From Schmidtea polychroa (Eukaryota): 64,000 bases of DNA. The notes beneath the pieces are model-generated. The model was given only the letters and a program-made list of their open reading frames with translations. It was not told the origin of the DNA and ran no database searches. The stretch is taken from positions 47,616,001 through 47,680,000 of the forward strand of contig CM097887.1 of assembly GCA_044892525.1 (NCBI GenBank), in the 5' to 3' direction. Made by a program: the position numbers and the translations under genes. This document shows, one piece after another, positions 59,801-64,000 of the stretch; positions within the stretch are counted from its first letter, which is position 1; each line of letters begins with the position of its first letter.

Positions 59801-61654
59801 TTGGTTTCTCACTACCGCCGGGAGTATTTCGGCTACCTGTTTTATCGCTTCCTCCCTTGCTTTTCTCAACTTTATTTCGATATCCTCGTCTTCACTTCCA
59901 CTTGTTATCTCGCTTTCGCTTTCTTCCTCTTTGATTTCCCCTTTTGGAGGTTCGCTTATTTCGTTTAGCTGTAGTATTTCTCCACCCAAACTACTTACAT
60001 AATCTTCTTCTTCGTCTGACGATGCTACATCTTTTGTCCTTTTCATCATATTGATTTGCAAATTTCTCATCCTTGGTACTCTCTTTAGTTTCTTTCTTTC
60101 GAATATCGTTGTTTCTTCTGATTCTAATTCTTGTAGCATTTGGTGGTTTAGTTGACTGGTTTGTTCCTTGCTCTTGTTATTTTCATCTTCTGTCTCGGCT
60201 TTCGCTTTATTATGTTCTTTTTCGATTTTATCTTTTATCTTTTTCCAGAATATTTTCTGAATTCTCTGGTTTCCTTTTAAAATCGTGGTTGAATTCTCTG
60301 TTTTCATTTCCGTTGTTGTTTCTGTTACCTTTTCTGGTTCAGTCATGGGTACTACCCTTGGGTTTTTCCCGTAATTGTAGCAATACTGGCTTTTCATGTC
60401 TTTTACTAACTTCATCATATTAATTCGCAATGGTTGTTCTTGTCGTTGTTGGTTGCGTTCTTGTTTTATCCTCTCTTCCTCGGCCTGTAGTCTTTGCCAT
60501 TCTTGTACATGTTGATGCACTTCGTAATTGTTGAGATTTTCGGTACTCCTCATCATACGTATATTCTGGGTTTGTTGTGGTGCTGGTTCTTGTCTTGGTC
60601 TCATCATTTGTTGCATCATCTGTTTCATCTGCGAGATTTCCTGCATAACGTTCATTTGTTTTCCTTCGCTAGGGTTGTTTTGTCTTTGCGGATTCGCTAT
60701 ATAATTATTATTTCGCGGTGGTGGTCGTTGTTGTTGGCCCCTTTCTCGGCAATCTCTGGAGAGGTGACCTGGCTGACCACAGTTAAAACAACCTCTTAAT
60801 TGGCATACATTTTCGGTATGTCCACGCCGTCCGCAACGATTACAATTTGAATTTCTATAGCAATCTCTGTCCCAGTGTCCTGGTTTACCGCATGTTCGAC
60901 ACTGCTTGTTATCGTTCATATTTCGTCGATTATTAAAATTGTTCTCATTATTCGGGTTGTTACGATTACCATTATTCCCATTTGATCGTCCTTGTGGTGG
61001 TTTGAAAATTTGGTGCGCTCCTGGTATAAATTGATTCATTTTCGGTTCTTGATTGTTGTTATCTCCGTTATCCGCTTTCGCTATTGCTGTCATTATCCTT
61101 CCCTCCTCTTGCATAATATTCATTTGAGCTGGAAGGTGGAGCTCGCATCTTGTAGCCCAATCTATGGCTTCCTCTAATGTTTTGCACATTTGACAACCTA
61201 CTGAGGCTCTTACTTCTTCTCGGCGTAATCCCTCTATGAAATAACCGATCAGATTTTCTTCGGGTAATTTTCCATTCATTGCTTTCTTCGCTAATCTCCG
61301 CAATTCACTGGCATATAATGTTATCGATTCGTTTGCTCTTTGTTTCCTATTTGCTAGTTCGCCCAACGCCTGGTTGATTGGCTTACTGGCTCCGAAGGTT
61401 TTCTTCAGGAATGTTTTGATATCTTCCCACTTTTCTAATTTCGTATCTCTCTCTTTAGCTTCTAAATATACTTCTAATGCGCTATCGCACAAAAACAACG
61501 GCATCCTTTTACTAATTGCTTCGGGTGTCCATCCACATACAGTGATATAAACTTCAAAATTAGTTATGAACGTTGCTAACTTGTTTGCATTTCCGTTGAA
61601 CGGTTCTCCTCTGAACTTTTCTTTATACTCGTCGGTTTTTACGACATTCGTCAT
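47801..61654 (-). CDS. gag-pol: 4617-aa Gag-accessory-Env-Pol-ankyrin polyprotein
   Basis: Gag with 3 CCHC (60750-60902); DTG protease (~54420); RT DLKSGYWQI/YIDD (~53200); RNase H TDASG...ERE; integrase HHCC, D-D-E and GPY (52110-51180); order PR-RT-RH-IN indicates Ty3/Gypsy. Confidence 0.96.
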   Translation of the reverse strand: MTNVVKTDEYKEKFRGEPFNGNANKLATFITNFEVYITVCGWTPEAISKRMPLFLCDSALEVYLEAKERDTKLEKWEDIKTFLKKTFGASKPINQALGELANRKQRANESITLYASELRRLAKKAMNGKLPEENLIGYFIEGLRREEVRASVGCQMCKTLEEAIDWATRCELHLPAQMNIMQEEGRIMTAIAKADNGDNNNQEPKMNQFIPGAHQIFKPPQGRSNGNNGNRNNPNNENNFNNRRNMNDNKQCRTCGKPGHWDRDCYRNSNCNRCGRRGHTENVCQLRGCFNCGQPGHLSRDCRERGQQQRPPPRNNNYIANPQRQNNPSEGKQMNVMQEISQMKQMMQQMMRPRQEPAPQQTQNIRMMRSTENLNNYEVHQHVQEWQRLQAEEERIKQERNQQRQEQPLRINMMKLVKDMKSQYCYNYGKNPRVVPMTEPEKVTETTTEMKTENSTTILKGNQRIQKIFWKKIKDKIEKEHNKAKAETEDENNKSKEQTSQLNHQMLQELESEETTIFERKKLKRVPRMRNLQINMMKRTKDVASSDEEEDYVSSLGGEILQLNEISEPPKGEIKEEESESEITSGSEDEDIEIKLRKAREEAIKQVAEILPAVVRNQEFIDVISFRRFVQKVMKLERNEKDLIPNEEKSIIKKYMEKMKQADTTRYVIKIGTSRGLERMWIKNTVTDELFDWIREHLGSSRKKEYLYQYQGEQIKPDMHLVDALIWPGETQILKLHKEKQPANLYDWAKDAKAEYDFNIKLKLEQIKQCTLRRNLDKLIKQIQEQVEDNWELLITRRAPAMYELMSRLRDTEMLRMSDWRTINLIHKYGRLKETQPQRLEITIWLPNEEKRRIKMSNRSTVDDLVSKINQEITEKVRSESSDGMVDDVVLMYDKIILRAEDDTSLSELGMWDNHQIIRIVPMDVFRTRDVIYQKEIRDRMKTLYQKSTEIIEIHQQWLKEKELQGKITKLSTRSCRRTPWERVWNAENKEWEIRKGIFVETDIGETESESEEEEEEPPEYEEEARGQTSDDESETDVTSESENEARHIHAMRKKEREYADMDGEEATEAREREETERYKQLGDILAMGAKNQKRQVVALANIILKTSENIHNLRGMAKAIEEYRQYNEWYPEQLEQIIRKWRNQEWAQDTQERYHIRIKYPDKSIEELEVHPTTKIRELKKKLAYETPFHLQLFGKSLDDNADVGITPMRLEETNVLTMAETLGKPLKRKSKITKLTKGSLSTPSPNKAPSKSNETEEVEEIILEDSDDEPGERSPLLVRWPTGAEMWTNNQPSTSYQQPTKLNIKEIIDNTTETETDEQFQKQREPTKVTPEGQTDKIIDEWNEWLRNNDSSLPRTDNERNPNYENTREAGTMMEKRAKGRPKKQGEKSEFKTKEQLKQEQGQVRLEKLDKIVWDLKEAQPTIERGEKWIRELIKDMLIITNPQLRRLWQRKVASTEARQLWHIVSGIIPKLIKEKTKTTKTDWDETKRVIELLTTNANDDEHHLVVITYLMYNLMGLAARKIPNKQFANHVEMTVSIIENTIEPHIIRAGGWKRLIQAPRKNEQERSMQVRLKKLLNELEWELPMKDPASRKASINSLMMTMMIWMLCTSGATGFTIYDCDNMIMRDKYSLRDIEECRQASPNKLDIVRTKVTYHVYQESDFIRTQARECVVSKKVLAYYCGQYSYSTLILPGLDKEIVSIQREDCKELFRTGALKMHNGVTIHGQTGMIKTESVYVSGKVKSSDGSCNGGTYTIRGEVISGVVVIESYTVELKEYEAQFDANNYQMKTNPACRATENVCRTGVSTIIYEANTQKCRLQLLKSALFNEVKGEIYENENDEDGNDRVRMRNGKPMPPSPREKRLSTQKTPTALITDDPDLGMRFIKEKETTKCDSIVYKTNYAGIYMSRQIIDRAVGKIATEDVKLYLYANNKMDFLFHRGQTTLQKVYYDLIQNDCSLNKEILKTKLAIAITHPDNAMPSLPLPDGHFGRMVGEVMYTYQCTKTYARMPEKSILPEKRCANELEIRYKGQNRFVQPVTRIMNPVGFYPNLFNCSNAYGPLYERPDGKWMMLPGKTISEEPKKFGLIELATELDFKPIDVSNGGMYSPEDLETARLNVLFPARRESILSNMVTITGGTNYQSGPNYELLLSPDHFQQATSNMMKAMWGRFLVFGQMMAGILGIILIIQIVRVILTQMLACFDIYKREKKVNWKMIVGFLPFLAKTMVLHGHSKDIHRIKRLIKILTKIKGTDEEVGRRFRKVMYDEATRRQLKKNKPKFLDRFRSQSSNSDSDDDDNGNDKCLYPNRNPNEKPMETAPYWEKEKTNTWIANGSYIPPDIAGPQAALTMTQNMYPQLPSQPGMHYMPTRRTKSVDQADDVRTIAAMSLPGGPAVTVMIQINGKETNAMIDTGANVSAIAINQIPSKHWKDIESTTIHIIACSKETVDVVGRWWTTLRYQDNEIETYLAVIPKLSVPCIIGTDLMPELLKEVVIDLTTMCLKDKTGRICKMNVVIRCPEKIIVPAKSQMICQIKVDTGMEGEVIFEPSKSFEKRRELPLAREIITINQEGVIPLNITNFEEEDKIIYENEKLGRLTPMMDIELPKVTNEMIKDDELWTIDSMLLTNDEKKKLHRLLVEYKDIFAISDLDLGTCDVTLHAIPLIDETPIALRPYKLAEMQKEIAEAEVQKMLDAKVIEPSCSPWQFPVVMVKKKDGTQRFCIDYRKLNAVTKRDTYPLPDINEMLLMLQGAAYFTSLDLKSGYWQIKVKDEDKEKTAFTLERDLYQFRKMPFGLTNAPASFQRCMNFVTHGIKQCMVYIDDLLIYSATFEQHLEDIRNVFIRLRQWKLKLKPSKCDWAKEKVTFLGHIVSAKGKEPDPRNIEKIKTCPAPKTVTQVQEFLGLCGYYRKFIKNYAGIAKPIQELVKKDISFIWGKEQQQAFETLRDKLIEAPILVHPDFKKPFLLATDASGYAAGAILGQLDDEGKERVIGYYSRTFKKHEKNYSVTEREALAIIQAIKHFRYLLWGHEICITTDHQPLVWLGQHKEASSRLMRWAMQLQEYSPFIKFKAGRANANADCMSRFIFPDLVDSEMQRICLIVAEDLDFCQLRKDQQEDAELKQIIDYVKTGKTDVYAKDQKLKEHMDKHRHRYIIEKDWLLIMDGEKRLMCIPENRRKELLTQYHDGRLGGHMSSKKTLARMKQKYFWPTLTEDVTEWVKNCLTCATRKNTGSKWKAPLTPMPVPIEPMTMISMDVVGPLPESDRGNVYILVITDFLTKFPEAFAMPDQKAKTIAKILVEEICCRYGTPKQILTDQGTNFMSEIMSEVTNYFKIAKLRTSPYHPQTNGMTERFNGTLIQMLSNYVDRHQRDWDEYINLCLMAYRMSIHASTKMSPFKLMYGRECNMPMDLEYQPPISQYMEIDDYVTKFKERMQEIWETAGLNIKFYQESYKDLHDRKKNVKQHTFQTGDWVMIETPELIPGTTKKLQRNGKGPYEILFVGETNVRVKLVNNPFTRPIYVNVARCKSIPKTATSQPEGRTLTTRSQTYRMNMMQQLAEPITGRLGIQPSEAEKIVKEVKIKIPGWAKDRLDFEILGGLLTMIENYANRERTHPLLRVVKSQWPILFTITDRYGDTPLHKLMKVGNNEQILETIDAFHDCKRSTEQTNNQGYTPLMIAANRGKTKDVITALLDTGSKITTQDHERKNALHHAIEGKSTEAFTSLMELLSYEDNREVGNMYDGLLTAIKEKLTTITGVLITWRNPIKNNYMINVNEAFTRGENTLMREAMKGHHLFEIPNQLVERGIKFTNHKDEQLLKERIDTFEKSIFQFTNQVRNKYWETVSVLYMMDTMNNIRENYLDIIQILTAEERINNPNGKKTKIRYEKPRESKSTTNQTVTNHVIETKSMSIDQEAIIRKAKEVFFEEMLELPDEIILSKIIKAVHTYARDQTTGLDIGKIKTFLPRAFTMVTKDSRTPLQQAILAAKENRAITIMRILGEMGEETNTKNEQGETAMMYAAITKIHPKTLHILHQSGSKLDERSNEGNSTLDWATIQPNLEMIRFICKNATKEEVENMCKNTSQFQWNTVRKNLEAMKLLLTWRVPQNNKYAINVNEFYENGENAMVKNTLTKGGTPKIILIVLNREDLKFTQNQNEQQRIGKHRRMQLREFVKEWNRKRHAATGRKEFEFEAKLARNRVLTAYRRLLNDINVEDDILNDSGGDKHDDNDGKGRKEDKGKREPEEDKPESKDLDTKREGNRPGTKTKEEEKSNNGKQRVCLPFTNKEIETNMILMIIMLTMIELVTAQGGTRTIKETKEAENQDSKEDELKQVKKKQAQEQQWDLKEEWDLKERCILGRCMSRAYQKLVLINEDTEPITEVRIQEAYRNRDGKRITNVKGKEVHLGKGGEVVRTQLQPRKEHKVCISRLGPGERCHQYVTQQQPPKEYTVCIWRNESKRECRRYPGKRGKKRKNHDEKNEGGKHKKTGEEAQDNYVSEEEMEKIQKMAKEGMNEEIARIREMMKGNGKRGNEQGTEAISTLTNKEKPENISVKQMMWISGIIITGAFLIITGGTIKIIKDKRHRGELEMTRIRNFQHRVKRPSDIKQEQWVEAWNAQRPPNSRI
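54950..56860 (-). other. Env-like class III fusion glycoprotein domain (chuvirus G / herpes gB-like) within the polyprotein
   Basis: Signal-like segment, then FTIYDC..YSLRDIEEC..C......YCGQYSYS..C..DGSCNGG..C..C; YANNKMDFL; DC; GEVMYTYQC; C..EL; FVQPVTRI; C...Y....G.W; GGMYS; TM at 55045-55142. This Cys/motif pattern matches my recollection of Chuviridae G proteins. Confidence 0.8.
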
Positions 61655-63020
61655 GATTGGTGTTCTAGATTCGTCTGTTTCTTTTAAATTGTCTAACGAT
61701 GTGACTAAACTTTGGGCTGATAATTCCTCGGTTGGCGTTGCTAAACTATTAGTGATGTCGGACAGACTTTCTCTGCTTCGAGATCGACTAGGGGTGTCTC
61801 CGAGATTTTCTTGGTCAAATATAGGTACTTGATTGGTTCTTCTTGATCCTTGCGATATTCCTCTTTGCTGTTTAATAGATCGTCCTCTTTTGAGTTGTTG
61901 TAATTCGTCTCCTGAAAATAATACGTCTCCTGGCTTACTTGAAGATCTAAGATTGGGTTTATCCGTGATTCCTTTCTTACGCTTCTTGGTAATTAGCGGC
62001 TATTGAATTGGACGAGTTCGGTTCTGATTGTGTTTCCTTCGATAAATATTCTGTATGAATCTGCTACTGTGATTCTGAGGAGATTTACTAGTCCTTGACA
62101 GATGGCTGCTAATATTATGAGGTTGAATATATCGATGATTCGTTCGAAGTTGGAGATGTCGCTATCTGTATCTTCTTCCGTTCTGGAGTCTTCCGGTTGC
62201 TGTGCCTCTCGGTGCGGGTTCTGAATGAATTTATTCTTGGTCGATTGTCGATTTCTTCGAATTCCTTTTGTGCAGGTTCTGGATTGTCTTGGTTGACTGG
62301 ATTGGTTTGATATCTAAAATGAAAAAATGATCTCGTGTTGCATTTGCTTACACGACTTCATCATTCTTTCAACAACGTTCGAACACAGACACCTTTTAGG
62401 TTCTGTTTATGCTTCCCCTATTTTTTATGCAATTACTTCCGCGGGTTATAATCTCCCATCAGCCCGAATTTTTCGTCGATTTTAAATTATCTATATGGGG
62501 TAGTAACAATTATCTATCAAGTCGTAACAATTATCTATTCGTTATCAATTATAGTAAAAATAGGTCGTTGTCGGTCTCTGCTTATTACCCCCCTTCGTTT
62601 TCTTATTCCTTTTGCGCTGTTGTCGCTATTTTACTTTTCATATTTACTATTATTACGCTCGGTTCTACTCTGGAACCAATAAAATGCATTTTCCCGGTTT
62701 AACCAAAAAAAATATTCCGTAGAGTTTCTCTACTTCACTGGGATCCCTTTAATTAGTTGGTTACTTTCCTCTTTACTCATTATCATCGTTTCGCCTATTC
62801 TTTATTTTCCATTATCTCTTTAATTCGTTTCCTTCTTCCCTTTTCCTTTTTCATTATAATCTTATTATCTTTTCCACGAGCTCGTTTATTTCCTCTCTAA
62901 ACTCAAATTTTTGTAATTACATTCAATTTGTTTCTAGCTAGCTTTAATATTCCCTTTCTCTATTAATTCAGATATTAGCTCATTGTAGCTTAACTGCTAT
63001 CTCTCGCTTTTCTAGGCCTT

Positions 63021-63310
63021 TACGACTGGCTGGCACTATTCAACAGCTCAATCTTCTTCCTTCTGATCGGTTGGACTATTCGACAACTCGATCTTACGAC
63101 TGGCTGGCACTATTCAACAGCTCAATCTTCCTCCTTCTGATCGGTTGGACTATTCGACAACTCGATCTTACGACTGGCTGGCACTATTCAACAGCTCAAT
63201 CTTCCTCCTTCTGATCGGTTGGACTATTCGACAACTCGATCTTACGACTGGCTGGCACTATTCAACAGCTCAGTTTTCGTTTTCCTTGACCGGCTGGACT
63301 ATTTTACAGC
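63021..63310. repeat. 74-bp tandem repeat (3.4 near-identical copies plus a degenerate tail) in the leader
   Basis: TACGACTGGC at 63021, 63095, 63169, 63243; each unit has two related ~37-bp halves. Confidence 0.92.
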
Positions 63311-64000
63311 TCGGCTTTAACATTCTTTACTCTGCATGCTTCTACTTCTCTCTTTCTCCTTTTACTCAAGATTACCATTTTCTCTGTCTATATTTAATTT
63401 GTCGACTTAATCTTTACCGCTCGGGAGTGTGTCCCCTTTCCCCCCTTGCTCAAAACGCACGACGATCGCGATGATCCATTTCTACATTGGCATGGTGATC
63501 AGTCATACCGCAGAAACTTCTCATCATTTGCGATGGTACCCCGCCCTACGCTCCTCACTTAGGTTGATCGGTTATCCCCTCCCAATTGGTTTTATCGTAT
63601 GATAGCACGTACCGCCCTAAGGTGGCTCGGTTTGTACCCTTACAGCCTATATTGGGACTAATTCCACGTTATTTCGGTTTTCTTTTCGTTTGATTCCAAA
63701 ACAAAGTTATAAAAAAAATAAAATTAAAAGCCATAAATTACTCAGTTCACAACAAAAATTTATTCGTCATAGAAGTACAATTTAAAACGTTAATAAAATT
63801 TCACACAACAATTACATTCATTCTCATTCAATTGTCAGTATCAATTTGATGTTCATAGATGTCATTGTATCTATAACAATTTTATTCACCATAATAAACC
63901 ATGTGAGTTTCTTTTATTTCATGCCTACATATCGTACATCGTTTTAAATCGTTCACACATTCTTCGCAGTGACTGAGGTGTCCACACGGCAAAAACAGTA

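Larger units (their letters stand above)
38607..64000 (-). mobile_element. Giant env-bearing Ty3/Gypsy LTR retroelement (putative endogenous retrovirus); 5' LTR outside the window
   Basis: 3' LTR, five accessory ORFs, 13.9-kb polyprotein ORF and leader, all on the minus strand with a shared A-rich sense-strand bias. Confidence 0.9.

Noticed and set aside
43265-61832. Many plus-strand ORFs of 60-146 aa
   Set aside because: F/L/S-rich antisense shadows of the A-rich minus-strand coding regions; no motifs.
63021-63310. CRISPR-like array
   Set aside because: Units are near-identical along their whole length, with no unique spacers and no cas genes, in a eukaryotic retroelement context.

Overview
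AT-rich eukaryotic genomic DNA, almost all nested transposable elements. The host is probably a flatworm such as a planarian; this is inferred from composition, giant LTRs and the TRAF/RLE content, not shown. The main feature is a giant Ty3/Gypsy-type LTR element on the minus strand (38607 to beyond 64000; over 25 kb visible, 5' LTR outside the window). Its single 4617-aa ORF reads Gag(3xCCHC) - 3 ubiquitin-like domains - Bcl-2-like domain - signal peptide + chuvirus/herpes-gB-like class III glycoprotein + TM - protease - RT - RNase H - integrase - duplicated ankyrin modules - second membrane protein. Five intronless accessory ORFs follow, one a full-length TRAF, with spacers rich in Pumilio-type UGUAHAUA motifs, and then a 4.1-kb 3' LTR that itself encodes a conserved protein. 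Three more 4-6 kb LTRs of the same superfamily are present: two solo LTRs with 4-bp TSDs, and one 5' LTR followed by a tRNA-Pro-like PBS and an IAP-type RING ORF. All four carry homologous ORFs behind splice acceptors. Other content: a decayed R2/NeSL-like RLE non-LTR retrotransposon, Tc1, pogo/Tigger, Gypsy and BEL remnants, a ~160-bp satellite, and two intronless RING-finger paralogues. All domain calls are by eye from motifs; no database search was run.
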